Source of the DNA: Candidatus Avispirillum sp.
GTDB lineage: Bacteria; Bacillota; Clostridia; Oscillospirales; CAG-272
NCBI GenBank assembly: GCA_045631345.1
Contig: JAZQUP010000013.1
Coordinates: forward strand, 68,770 to 132,769
Reading direction: 5' to 3'
Length of the DNA: 64,000 nt
The notes under the pieces were generated by a model. It saw nothing but the letters and a program-made list of their open reading frames with translations. It ran no database searches and had not been told where the DNA came from. Made by a program: the position numbers and the translations under genes. Positions 28,036 to 38,391 of the stretch are shown here, one piece after another. Every line of letters starts with the position of its first letter. Position 1 is the stretch's first letter.

Positions 28036-28064
28036 AGTATATCATATGGTTATTTCTTTTGCAA
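28036..28064 (-). promoter_or_regulatory. sigma-A type promoter for tRNA-Leu
   Basis: On the minus strand, TTGCAA, a 17-nt spacer and TATACT lie about 20 nt upstream of the tRNA 5' end. Confidence 0.55.
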
Positions 28065-28136
28065 GAGGTTTAATTAAAAATTTGTTTTTTCTATCAAAAA
28101 GCCTTCCCTTTTAACAGGAAGGCTTTTTATTTCTTT

Positions 28137-31100
28137 TTATGACAACCATGTACCTCTTACCAATCTATATTTAAGCTCAAATATATCTATGGCATTGATT
28201 TTGCTATCACCGTTTATATCAGCTGCGGCTCTTTCTGTTTCTGTGGGAACCACTATCTGCTTTATGAATAGCTTCATCTTGAAGTTGTCCACTGCTGTAA
28301 TTTTTCCATCTCCATCAATATCGCCACGAATATTCTCTTCAGCTTCACCTTCACTCTCCGCTTCATAAAACTTTACAACAAAATCCTTGCTATCACTACA
28401 CGTCCTCGTCGGAATATACTCAACTGTGAGGCGTCCGATTTCATCGGAAACAGCTTGAGTTATATAAAGCAGATTATACGAATTAAGGGGATATTCATCT
28501 TCAAGAGTTTCCATTGAATAAAAATTGTAAATGCAATTAGCTTCAAGTCCTTCAAATGTCATCGTCTTAGCTGTATTGCGCGAAAGACTGAAATTTGACG
28601 CTTCCACTATCTCATCAATTTCAGCAGCTTTACTCACCTCCATTAAGATAAATGGAGTCGTACAGATAGTCCAAAAGCTATTGGCCATACACTGCTCATA
28701 TGTTTCTCTTCCCAACAATTGGAAATTACTTCCGTTGCCACCCCAAATATACATAGCTCCACTTGTTGTAACCGCAGCACCGTGAACCGCCCCCATTGAT
28801 ATACTTTCTATATTACTCAACGTATGAACCGGATTTGAATAATTAATTTGAGATCCTGTTCCGAGTGCTCCATATGCGTTTGATCCACACATATACAGAT
28901 CGCCATTAGTTTTGAGAATAGCAGTCATTTGATGCCCCATATCAACATCCTTAACATCCGTATCTACCAACTGAGGAGTTGCGTATACTGTTATATCTGC
29001 ACTCGGGAAACCAAGCAAAGCATTAGGTGAATTCATTCCCCAGGTATAAAGCTTATTATCTCTGGTTATGGCACCGCCTGTATATCTTGCCATACTGACC
29101 TTTACAACATTATCCATAATTTTGGTGGGATATAGATAATAATGATTTGTGTCATCATTGCCAAGCTGACCATTCAATCCATATCCCCAAGTATACAAGG
29201 ATCCATCCAATGTTATAGCTGCGCTGCTATATTCTCCAAGCTCTACATATCCAACATGATTAAGTATCAAACAAGGGCGTGTTTCATTGCTTCCACGACT
29301 TCCGTTACCAATCTGTCCGTAAATATTATATCCCCAAGCATATAAATCACCTGTTCTTGTTATAGCCGCACTATGATGTGAGCCAAGGCTTACAGACACT
29401 ACCCCATCAAGAACCTTTTTAGGATATTTACTTATTTTTTCTCCGTCCTTATTTTTCGAATATGTAGTATATCCAAGCTGATCATAGTCATTATATCCCC
29501 ACAAATAAAGACTACCATCCTCTGTTAAGGCTGCTGAATGGTAGGCACCCAAAGAAACTGACACAACATTATCCATTATCTTTACAGGTGTATCCACATT
29601 ATCCGTAGTACCATTGCCAATCTGACCTCTATTATTCTGCCCCCACATATATAGACTGCCATCCTCTGTGATAGCCGCACTGTGATATTCTCCCATGCTT
29701 ATACTTTGAGTTTTAACAGAAACATTATCTCCTACATAGAAAATATAATTGAACTGATTTTCACCGGTACTTACAATTGAACTCTGAGTTAATGTTGCAT
29801 AGCCCGGGCAGGAAACTCTTACATCCCACTCGCCAGCGCTAACATATCCTGTTGCCTCTCCATTTTCATCAGTTATTATATCATCATACTGAAAAACAAG
29901 ATCAGAATCAAAAACTACAGAAGCGCATTCTACCGCTTCTCCCAAAGAATTTGAAACCTTTACTTTGACCCTATAAAATTTAAACGGACACTCACCCCAG
30001 GAAAAATACTCTCTATCAAAAGAATAAGTGAATTTGGCTATATCACAGGAAAGGTCAAATAGATTTACCGTTAATTTAAGTTTATCGCTATTTAGCAATT
30101 TAGCCTCTATCTTACCTTCCAGTTTTCCCTCTACACTGATAGACAGACATTTCTCACATGCATGTATGCTTTTAGCGGTTCCGGCATTAATTGCATTCCC
30201 GCCCTCCTGCTTAATTTTCACCTCCGCACCAAGCTTTGCTTCAATGGATACACTGGCAAGATTATCGCTCAAAATAAAGATCTCAGGAGCAAAGGATATG
30301 CCTATATAAATCGTTGCCTCTCCGCCGGGTGGATCTATTTCAAGTGCCGGTGAGGTTGTTTGATTAGTTTTGCCTTCGCTTGAAACCTTAACACCTACAC
30401 GTCCGGACAAAAACGCACCCATAGTAAACTCTGCCTCAAAAGTCAAAAGGAAACAAGGTGTCAGATCAATAAAAACACCGGGAACAAGGACAATTTCCAC
30501 AAGACCCATAGGTATCTTAGCCTCTGCGCCTCCCTTCAAATCCAACTGTGCAGCTAACGAATAATCAATTCCTAACTCAAGATATTTCTCATCTGCGGCA
30601 ATATACAGCTTTACTGCGCCTGTCAGCTTTAACTCTATATTTCCTTTAGCCTCACCGCTGAATTTTATATTCTCACCAAGTCCCTCTTCAAATTCTTTAT
30701 CAAGTCCGAATGAGAGCGTTTTGGTTGTAGATACATCTACAGAAGTTCTTGATGACAGCGTGGAACACTCTTCTACTTCCCCCATAAATGTCATATCCTC
30801 ATCAATTCCTGTAGGATCATAGGTAACTGTAGAGGTATCGGGGTCTCCTTCAATCTTTACATAATCAAAAACAGCTTCCATTGAGGTATCTCCACCTGTT
30901 ATAGTGGCTTTTTCACCATCAATAGTAATATTTTCGATTTTAACAATAAGAACTTCCTCATCATAATGATATGCAAAAGTGTCACCCGGGAGGAGATTTG
31001 ATATGTTATTATCTATGTTTTCAATAATATATGTATCTGTTTCCTGATCGACCGAAGATATACTGTTGAACTCAGAGGATTCAGGAATTATCTTAACGTC

Positions 31101-31682
31101 ATTTGAAAATACTGCAAAGTTTGTAGCTTCATTCGTATCAAGATTCAAAACCTTCTCACTATCAAAATCTGCAACGGTTTTGGAAAGAAGATCCTGCATA
31201 TCTTTGGTATACATTGGTGATGAATACGCTGTGCAGATAGGAGCATATTCATTGTTTACCAAAAAAGCTCTCAGATAGAAATATTGAGGCATTTCATCAA
31301 TATCTATATACACATATGCCGTTTTATCCACGTATGTGTCATACTCTTCAGCATATACCTCTATGCTTCCACTGCCAAGCATTTTTACACCAGACTCTTC
31401 ATATATGGCAACAACAAGCGTAGCATCAACTGTTGTTTCAAAATTCACAACAGCCTCATTTCCGTAAACTTCAACAGAAAAAATATTGCATCCGTTATTT
31501 TCCTTTTGATCCTCCAAAGTTTCATCAACTACATCCTCAACCATTTCTCCGAAAGAGTTGGTTCCTTTGACAGATATTTCATTTTCAACATTTATTTCTT
31601 CACTTTCATTGGACGAAACAGGAATTGCTAATCCTGATAAAATCAATGTCAATGACAACATAAAAGATATAAATTTTTTCAT
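28137..31682 (-). CDS. secreted 1181-aa protein: unknown N-terminal region, CarboxypepD_reg-like domain, RCC1-repeat beta-propeller, C-terminal type I dockerin
   Basis: A signal peptide is present. There are about 7 RCC1-like repeats (HSAAITEDGSLY.WG.N..GQ.G). The dockerin shows DIDGDGKITAVD and DINGDSKINAID. Confidence 0.85.
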   Translation of the reverse strand: MKKFISFMLSLTLILSGLAIPVSSNESEEINVENEISVKGTNSFGEMVEDVVDETLEDQKENNGCNIFSVEVYGNEAVVNFETTVDATLVVAIYEESGVKMLGSGSIEVYAEEYDTYVDKTAYVYIDIDEMPQYFYLRAFLVNNEYAPICTAYSSPMYTKDMQDLLSKTVADFDSEKVLNLDTNEATNFAVFSNDVKIIPESSEFNSISSVDQETDTYIIENIDNNISNLLPGDTFAYHYDEEVLIVKIENITIDGEKATITGGDTSMEAVFDYVKIEGDPDTSTVTYDPTGIDEDMTFMGEVEECSTLSSRTSVDVSTTKTLSFGLDKEFEEGLGENIKFSGEAKGNIELKLTGAVKLYIAADEKYLELGIDYSLAAQLDLKGGAEAKIPMGLVEIVLVPGVFIDLTPCFLLTFEAEFTMGAFLSGRVGVKVSSEGKTNQTTSPALEIDPPGGEATIYIGISFAPEIFILSDNLASVSIEAKLGAEVKIKQEGGNAINAGTAKSIHACEKCLSISVEGKLEGKIEAKLLNSDKLKLTVNLFDLSCDIAKFTYSFDREYFSWGECPFKFYRVKVKVSNSLGEAVECASVVFDSDLVFQYDDIITDENGEATGYVSAGEWDVRVSCPGYATLTQSSIVSTGENQFNYIFYVGDNVSVKTQSISMGEYHSAAITEDGSLYMWGQNNRGQIGNGTTDNVDTPVKIMDNVVSVSLGAYHSAALTEDGSLYLWGYNDYDQLGYTTYSKNKDGEKISKYPKKVLDGVVSVSLGSHHSAAITRTGDLYAWGYNIYGQIGNGSRGSNETRPCLILNHVGYVELGEYSSAAITLDGSLYTWGYGLNGQLGNDDTNHYYLYPTKIMDNVVKVSMARYTGGAITRDNKLYTWGMNSPNALLGFPSADITVYATPQLVDTDVKDVDMGHQMTAILKTNGDLYMCGSNAYGALGTGSQINYSNPVHTLSNIESISMGAVHGAAVTTSGAMYIWGGNGSNFQLLGRETYEQCMANSFWTICTTPFILMEVSKAAEIDEIVEASNFSLSRNTAKTMTFEGLEANCIYNFYSMETLEDEYPLNSYNLLYITQAVSDEIGRLTVEYIPTRTCSDSKDFVVKFYEAESEGEAEENIRGDIDGDGKITAVDNFKMKLFIKQIVVPTETERAAADINGDSKINAIDIFELKYRLVRGTWLS

Positions 31683-31862
31683 TACTTCCTCCAGCTTGAT
31701 ATTACAGAAATTATACCATATAATTCCTGTTTTAGCAAGAAAAACGCTGCATCACCACATGGAGAAATATTATTAAAATACCGACCATAATGCTTATTGC
31801 TTTACAAATATCCGTATAAATGCTATAATTCACTTAACAAATCCTAATGAAAGGTCTTATTT

Positions 31863-32963
31863 ATGCTTTACGAAATTCCTAAGCTTCAATCCCGATCAGC
31901 GTGCGCTGAAAATCCAACAGGTGAAAAATCTATGGGCGGCTTTGCAAATGGCGGCAAAAAGGGATGTCCTTGCGTTCAGTGGGTAAAGCCCGGTCAGGTT
32001 GTTACTTTACTTGACGTTGAAGGATGCGGTACAGTGCGCCATATATGGCTCACCTTTCCTCCCTATCATCCCGATCTTTATCGCGGTCTTGTTATCCGTA
32101 TGTACTGGGACGGGCAGGAACAGCCCAGCGTTGAAGCTCCTGTTGGCGACTTTTTCGGCATTGCTCATATGAGATACCGACAGATGAGCACAGAGCTTAC
32201 CTCTTTCCAGACAAGCAACGGGCTTAACTGCTTTATACCTATGCCATTCAGAAAATCAGCCCGAATCACAGTTGAAAACGATTCCGACCGAACATTTTCT
32301 GTTCTTTTCTATCAGGTTGATTTCACTTTGGGTGATGAGCATTCTGAGGACATAGGATATTTCCACGCTCAGTTCCGCCGTTCAAATTGCCATCCCTATC
32401 ATGAGGATTATGTTATCCTTGATGGTATTAAGGGGCGTGGACGCTATCTTGGAACTGTTCTTGGGGTTCGCAGCGTTTGTCTTCCAGAACAATGGTGGGG
32501 AGAGGGTGAGGTTAAAATGTATTTTGACGGCGAAACTCAGCCTACTTATTGCGGCACAGGCGCTGAAGACTACGTTGGTTGCGCTTGGGGGCTTTCCGAA
32601 TGCATCACTCCAACACAAGGCTGCTCTGTTTGCGACAGAGAAAACAATCTTTTCTCATTCTATCGTTGGCACACCTACGATCCTATCTGTTTCGACGAAT
32701 CAATCAAGGTGACGATCATGCAGATGGGATATGGCGAGACGGCGGTTGCACGAGAAAAATTAGGAGAAAACTTCGTTCAATATCCCGCAGCAGGCGCTGA
32801 TGACGATTTCTGCTATTACGACAGAAGCGACGACTACTGTTCTGTGGCATATTGGTATCAGACTCTGCCCACAATGCCCTTCCCTACATTCCCTTCAAAA
32901 GAAGAAAGATGGAAGGATATTCCCGAAGAAAATAAAACTGCAAAGAGAAATGATTTAGGGTGA
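31863..32963 (+). CDS. DUF2961 / GH172-family protein
   Basis: The GCGTVRHIWLTF motif is present, and length and pattern fit DUF2961. There is no signal peptide. Confidence 0.7.
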   Translation: MLYEIPKLQSRSACAENPTGEKSMGGFANGGKKGCPCVQWVKPGQVVTLLDVEGCGTVRHIWLTFPPYHPDLYRGLVIRMYWDGQEQPSVEAPVGDFFGIAHMRYRQMSTELTSFQTSNGLNCFIPMPFRKSARITVENDSDRTFSVLFYQVDFTLGDEHSEDIGYFHAQFRRSNCHPYHEDYVILDGIKGRGRYLGTVLGVRSVCLPEQWWGEGEVKMYFDGETQPTYCGTGAEDYVGCAWGLSECITPTQGCSVCDRENNLFSFYRWHTYDPICFDESIKVTIMQMGYGETAVAREKLGENFVQYPAAGADDDFCYYDRSDDYCSVAYWYQTLPTMPFPTFPSKEERWKDIPEENKTAKRNDLG

Positions 32964-33029
32964 AAAACAAAAAGCCTCCCTTACATTGTTTGGCTGCTAA
33001 ACGATAATTTATGTTATCACTTCATATAA

Positions 33030-33071
33030 GAAAAACCTTGCGTTTACCAAATGGAAACGCAAGGTTTTCTA
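33030..33071. terminator. bidirectional terminator
   Basis: The hairpin AACCTTGCGTTT-loop-GAAACGCAAGGTT is flanked by A-runs and T-runs. Confidence 0.75.
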
Positions 33072-33076
33072 TTTTA

Positions 33077-34246
33077 TCATTTAATATTAGTGATGATATT
33101 TATGATATCACTTTCATAATCATAATCTAAAAATCTATAGTTATACACGCCGTTATTTACCAAAGCTGCAACTACATACCCTATATGCTCATCATCAATG
33201 AGAATATCAAAGTCAAGGAATTCCCAAACCGGAGTGCCTCCAAACAACATAAAATAATCTTGATCTCCTCCTACCTCATAAAAAGAGGTTCGGCCCATAG
33301 TATCTCTTTCAATCACAAATTTTTTGCCGTTATATGTTATATCTGCATTCGTGGTGCTTTCCCAATCAATCTCGGCTCCCATGCCTTTCAATAAATTAGT
33401 TATAGAAACAAGACAATACTGGGAGTTGGCCACAGCGTGTTCATCTTCTACCTGTACTCCATTGATAACAAGAGTACCCTTCTTATCCTTAGCATATTCA
33501 ATGAAATCATCAGTTGAATAGATTTTGTATGTTGCTTCATACGGATATTCCCATGATAAAACATTTTCAACAAAATAATTTACATTGCCACATTTCACCA
33601 AATAAACAGGAACCCAACCCGCCGTATCAATCAAGCAAACAGTTGTAGGATACCTTGGCAACTCAATTCCATGCTCAATAAACAAATTACGAAGTTTAAC
33701 AGGATCAGATAAAACCTCAACTTCTGCTTTATAAACAGGCCAATGATAATAACTACCTAATCTAAATCCTAATCCATCATCATACTGTCCGGTTATAGAA
33801 TAACCGGATATTAAATCTTCGTAATACAAATCATTTGTTGACCCCGGTATAAACGTTATACGTTCAATCCCCAAAATTCCCTCGCCTTCACTGATATTTT
33901 CAAATGTCATATCAGAAAGAAAATTTTGATATGTATGCCGGTCTACTGAGTAACATGTTAAGCTGACAATATTATCCAACTTTATCTCACCCTTTATAAC
34001 CTTAGTTACAAATAAAGCATCTTTTGCATTGATCTCCCCATCACAAGTTATATCAGCTGCTTCAAAAGAGTCAGCCAGTCCAGCGAGAACTTTTTTAACA
34101 GTTAGCAAATCTATTGCGTTAACTGAGCCGTCAAAATTCACATCGGCGCTTATAGCAGGCAACTCTGACGCCGATGCTTGAACAGCCATAAGAAGTGTTA
34201 TCATCATCATTGATATTAAAACAAAAAACTTCATTAAATTTTTCAT
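33077..34246 (-). CDS. secreted protein with N-terminal dockerin and unknown C-terminal region
   Basis: A signal peptide (MKNLMKFFVLISMMMITLLMAVQASA) is followed by a dockerin with DVNFDGSVNAID and DITCDGEINAKD. ATG 34246 follows SD AGGGAGGG. Confidence 0.75.
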   Translation of the reverse strand: MKNLMKFFVLISMMMITLLMAVQASASELPAISADVNFDGSVNAIDLLTVKKVLAGLADSFEAADITCDGEINAKDALFVTKVIKGEIKLDNIVSLTCYSVDRHTYQNFLSDMTFENISEGEGILGIERITFIPGSTNDLYYEDLISGYSITGQYDDGLGFRLGSYYHWPVYKAEVEVLSDPVKLRNLFIEHGIELPRYPTTVCLIDTAGWVPVYLVKCGNVNYFVENVLSWEYPYEATYKIYSTDDFIEYAKDKKGTLVINGVQVEDEHAVANSQYCLVSITNLLKGMGAEIDWESTTNADITYNGKKFVIERDTMGRTSFYEVGGDQDYFMLFGGTPVWEFLDFDILIDDEHIGYVVAALVNNGVYNYRFLDYDYESDIINIITNIK

Positions 34247-34335
34247 AGTTACCCTCCCTATAATTTTGGACATTTTCACCAATTCTATCTAATATAAATA
34301 TATCACATTTAGTTTTTTTGTCAAGTGGGTGTGTG

Positions 34336-34381
34336 AAAAAGCCCTTGAATTTACCGATTGGTAAATGCAAGGGCTTTTTTT
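34336..34381 (-). terminator. rho-independent terminator
   Basis: The hairpin AGCCCTTG..TTACC-GATT-GGTAA..CAAGGGCT is flanked by A-runs and T-runs. Confidence 0.75.
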
Positions 34382-34391
34382 ATATTACTTA

Positions 34392-35414
34392 TTAACCTTC
34401 AATATAGGCCTTAACAAGTGACCATGCAGCCTCCATGCCGTCCTTATGCGTTCTTTCGTAGCCATGTGAAGCATAAACGCCCATGCCGATAAGGGCAAAC
34501 TTTGTATCAAGACCTGCTCTGATTGCCGCCTCCGCATCTGAGCCATAGGCAGGATAGATATCAACCGCATAGTCAATATTATTTTTCTTACAGATTGATA
34601 CAAGCTTTGAAACCATTTCATAATTATATGGGCCGCCGCTATCCTTTGCGCAGATGGAAACCTTCTGTTCAGAGCCGCCAAGGCCATCTCCAACGCATCC
34701 CATATCTATGGCCAGAAGAGTGTCTGCATCTTTCTGGGAAAGAAGTGATGCGCCGTATCCCATTTCCTCGTTTGCTGAGAAAAGGAGAGATATCTTTTTA
34801 TCTGTTTTAATTTCCTTTATATATTTTGCAAGATAGAGCAGAAGAGCGGCGCCTGCTTTATCATCAAGGAATCTGCTTTTAATATATCCTGAATCTGTTA
34901 TAACAAGGCGAGGATCAATTGCAACAATATCGCCAACCTCTATGCCCATATTATGAACGTCTTCCTTGCTGTTTACAACATAGTCAAGAACAACCTCAAC
35001 ACTATCAAAATCTCTCTTTGTTTCGTTATATGATTTATTAACATGCAAAGAAGCGTTTTTTAGCTGAACTGTGCCAGTATACACTTTATTATCTCTTGTG
35101 TAAACCTTGCAATTTTCACATTCTATATTATTGGCATTAAGTCCACCCAAAGCAGTTATACCAAGTCGGCCACTGCCGCTGATTTCTTTGACCATTGCAC
35201 CAAGAGTGTCTGTATGGGCGGTTAAAATGAGATGCTCACCTTCGCCCTCGTTAATTGTGCAGTACACTCCGCCAACCTTACACATTTGAGGTTCAAATCC
35301 TAAATTTTTGAGGAATTCAAAAACGTAATCCTCAACCTTTTTTGTATATCCGATGGGGCTGTCTATTGCCATTATACTTTCTAAAATGCTATATATTTCA
35401 TTAGTGTTGTTCAT
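34392..35414 (-). CDS. M42 family metallopeptidase (FrvX-like aminopeptidase)
   Basis: An M42-like pattern is present (SPIGYTKKV, HTDTLG, RFLDDKAG, EEMG). ATG 35414 follows SD GAGGTG. Confidence 0.8.
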   Translation of the reverse strand: MNNTNEIYSILESIMAIDSPIGYTKKVEDYVFEFLKNLGFEPQMCKVGGVYCTINEGEGEHLILTAHTDTLGAMVKEISGSGRLGITALGGLNANNIECENCKVYTRDNKVYTGTVQLKNASLHVNKSYNETKRDFDSVEVVLDYVVNSKEDVHNMGIEVGDIVAIDPRLVITDSGYIKSRFLDDKAGAALLLYLAKYIKEIKTDKKISLLFSANEEMGYGASLLSQKDADTLLAIDMGCVGDGLGGSEQKVSICAKDSGGPYNYEMVSKLVSICKKNNIDYAVDIYPAYGSDAEAAIRAGLDTKFALIGMGVYASHGYERTHKDGMEAAWSLVKAYIEG

Positions 35415-35512
35415 ATTGCACCTCACTTTTTAATGTTATATTTATTGTATCATTCGGTAATTAATATGTCAACAGAGATAAAAAAGCACTTCCAAAAGGA
35501 AGTGCTTTCCTA

Positions 35513-37165
35513 TTATTCAATTGAAATAACGTAGCTATAAACGGGCTGACCGCCGCATATTGCCATAACCTCTGCATCGGGATATTTTGCAGAGAATATT
35601 TCTACAATATCGGACGCCTGGTCTTCATCGGCATCTTCTCCATAGTAGACTGTTACTGCAACTGCATCTTCGTTTTCAACAAAGTTTGCAAGCTCTTTGA
35701 TACAAGTTTTTCTGTTATAGTTACAGCACTTGATCTTACCATTGAGCAGACCAAGAGTTTCACCTTCATGAATCTCTGTTCCATCAATTTCTGTATCTCT
35801 AACTGCATATGTTACGCTAAGAGTTGTTACCATTCCAACCATTTCTGTCATTGCGGCAATATTATCGTCCTTTTCAGCATCGGGATCGAATGCGAGCATT
35901 GCAGAAACACCCTCAGGAACGGAAACTGTTTTAAGAACTACAACCTCTCTGCCCTCTGCAACCTTTGCTGCCTGCTCGCTTACCATAATAATATTCTTGT
36001 TATTAGGAAGAACGAACACGATTTCAGCAGGAGTTGCTTCAACTGCAGAAAGAATATCTTCTGTGCTGGGGTTCATTGTCTGTCCGCCTGTTACAACAAC
36101 ATCAGCGCCAAGATCCTTAAAGAGAGCTTCAAAGCCTTCGCCTGCGGAAACTGCAACAAAGCCATACTTCTTTGTTATTTCAACAGGACCCTTAGAAGCT
36201 TCTTCAACAGGCTCCTCGCCTGCGCCCTCGGAAAGATTTGAATGCTGCTCTTTCATATTCTCAATCTTTACTGTATAAAGTGAGCCATATTTAAGAGCCT
36301 CTGTTATAACCTTACCGGGTTCGTTTGTATGAACATGGAGCTTAATGATCTCACTATCATCAACGAAAACAACGCTATCACCCATACCACCGATATACTT
36401 ATGAAGATCAGATGCTGTTTCCTCGCCCTGATATTTAGCGCTCTTGGTTACTATACACTCTGTGCAATATGCAAACTTAATATCTTCTGTATTAAAAGAT
36501 TCAAAATTTGCAGAGGAGGATTTTGCGCTTGAAGACTCAACAGCTGTGATAGGATTGCCTTCAACTGCCGCAACCATACCCTCAAGTGCTGTTACAAATC
36601 CATATCCACCGGAGTCTACAACGCCTGCCTGCTTAAGAACAGGAAGCATTTCGGGAGTTTTATCAAGAGTTTCCTTTGCAGCAGAAAGCATAAACGCAAA
36701 GAGTGCGTTCATATCTGTTACAACACCATTATTAAGAGCTTCCTCAGCAGTTTCACCCATAACTCTCATAACTGTGAGAATTGTACCTTCTGTAGGATTC
36801 ATAACTGCTTTATAAGCTTCGGAAACGCCTTTTTTAATACCGCGGACAACGTCTGCCATATCAGCTTCTTCGTTCTTTGCCCAAGCTTTTCCGATACCAC
36901 GGAAAAACAGAGAAAGAATAACGCCGGAGTTACCTCTTGCGCCACGAAGCATAAGATTAGCTGCCTTCTGAGCTGTTTCGCCAAGAGTTCCATCAAAATT
37001 CTTGAAGTCACCTCTTACGCCGCTCATTGTAAGGCTCATATTTATACCTGTATCTCCATCGGGAACAGGAAATACATTAAGGTTATTGACAGTTTCTTTA
37101 TTATTTTCAAGTGAACAAGCCGCGCTTATTACCATATCGCGGTACATATTACCGTTAATAATCAT
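35513..37165 (-). CDS. fakA: DAK2-domain fatty acid kinase subunit (YloV/FakA-like)
   Basis: An N-terminal Dak2 motif (PDGDTGINM) is present, the length is 550 aa, and the gene is adjacent to a DegV gene. Confidence 0.8.
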   Translation of the reverse strand: MIINGNMYRDMVISAACSLENNKETVNNLNVFPVPDGDTGINMSLTMSGVRGDFKNFDGTLGETAQKAANLMLRGARGNSGVILSLFFRGIGKAWAKNEEADMADVVRGIKKGVSEAYKAVMNPTEGTILTVMRVMGETAEEALNNGVVTDMNALFAFMLSAAKETLDKTPEMLPVLKQAGVVDSGGYGFVTALEGMVAAVEGNPITAVESSSAKSSSANFESFNTEDIKFAYCTECIVTKSAKYQGEETASDLHKYIGGMGDSVVFVDDSEIIKLHVHTNEPGKVITEALKYGSLYTVKIENMKEQHSNLSEGAGEEPVEEASKGPVEITKKYGFVAVSAGEGFEALFKDLGADVVVTGGQTMNPSTEDILSAVEATPAEIVFVLPNNKNIIMVSEQAAKVAEGREVVVLKTVSVPEGVSAMLAFDPDAEKDDNIAAMTEMVGMVTTLSVTYAVRDTEIDGTEIHEGETLGLLNGKIKCCNYNRKTCIKELANFVENEDAVAVTVYYGEDADEDQASDIVEIFSAKYPDAEVMAICGGQPVYSYVISIE

Positions 37166-37206
37166 ATCTGTTACCTTTTGAAAATCAAATTTTTAGAACT
37201 TCCTGA

Positions 37207-38076
37207 TTATCTCTCGTTGCAGAGGAAGAACAAAGCAAGAACACCGGGGCCTGCATGGGCGCCGATAACTGCTCCAACATATCCTATTTCAATTCTCTTG
37301 GGGTTATACTTTTCACGAATTATATCTGCAAGATAGTTTGCATCCTCTTCGCAATCACCATGGCTGATGAAAACAACCTGATCAGAAGCATCACCCAGAC
37401 CGGTTTCGCCTATTTTATTTGCAAGAGCCTGAATAGAGGGCTTTCTGCCACGAGCCTTTGCCACATTTACAAGATGTCCCTCATTATCAACGTGAAGCAC
37501 AGGCTTGATGGAAAGCATTGAGCCAACAACTGCTGTTGCTGCTGAAACTCTGCCACCGCGCTTAAGATGGTGAAGATCGTCTACTGTGAACCAATGGCTC
37601 AAATTCAGCTTATTTGCTTCAAGCCAATCACGAACCTCTTCTATTGTTTTTCCTTCATCACGAAGCTTTGCTGCATAATACACGAAAAGACCCTGACCAA
37701 GTGAAGCGCAGAGTGAATCTACAACAATGATCTTTCTTTCAGGATACTTTTCAGAAAGCTCATCAGCTGCAAGCTTACCTGTTTGCGCTGTGCTGGAAAG
37801 GCCGGAAGAAAATGCAACATAAAGAAGATCCTTACCTTCTGCAACATGCTTTTCCATTGCAGCAAGTGCTGCGTCAAGGTTGATTGCAGATGTTGTTGCT
37901 GTTTTGCCTTCACGAAGGCTATTATAGAAATCTTTAATATTCAGTTCGTTTCCGGGAATATACTCGCCTCCATCAACTGAAACAGTGAGGGGCACCACAT
38001 CAACATTCAATTCCTGAACAAGCTCGGGAGTGAGATCGCAGGATGAATCTGTTAACAGAACAAAATTATTAGCCAT
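37207..38076 (-). CDS. DegV family fatty-acid-binding protein (FakB-like)
   Basis: The LTDSSCDL N-terminus is typical of DegV, and the length is 289 aa. Confidence 0.85.
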   Translation of the reverse strand: MANNFVLLTDSSCDLTPELVQELNVDVVPLTVSVDGGEYIPGNELNIKDFYNSLREGKTATTSAINLDAALAAMEKHVAEGKDLLYVAFSSGLSSTAQTGKLAADELSEKYPERKIIVVDSLCASLGQGLFVYYAAKLRDEGKTIEEVRDWLEANKLNLSHWFTVDDLHHLKRGGRVSAATAVVGSMLSIKPVLHVDNEGHLVNVAKARGRKPSIQALANKIGETGLGDASDQVVFISHGDCEEDANYLADIIREKYNPKRIEIGYVGAVIGAHAGPGVLALFFLCNER

Positions 38077-38391
38077 TTTATTCTTCCTTTCAATATGTCA
38101 AAATTTACACACTTATCCAACATACTAATTTAGTATAGCATATTTCCCAAACAACTGTCAATGTTTTTATGAATATGTGCTATTGTTTTTACTGATATTT
38201 AAATTATAATCAACCATTTCCTACATTTTATATTTATATATTATAATTAAAATTCTCCTCTTTATATTATTTCTATTGATCATTATTTTATCCATTAGTA
38301 CAATAATTGCATTTTAGTCTTTTGACTAAATAGTTTTTTGTGTTTATAAAGCAAAATAAAAAAGGCACCAAATTGGTGCCTTTTTATTTGA

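Noticed and set aside
27840-28037. A 65-aa ORF over tRNA-Leu.
   Set aside because: The sequence is explained by the tRNA and its terminator on the opposite strand.
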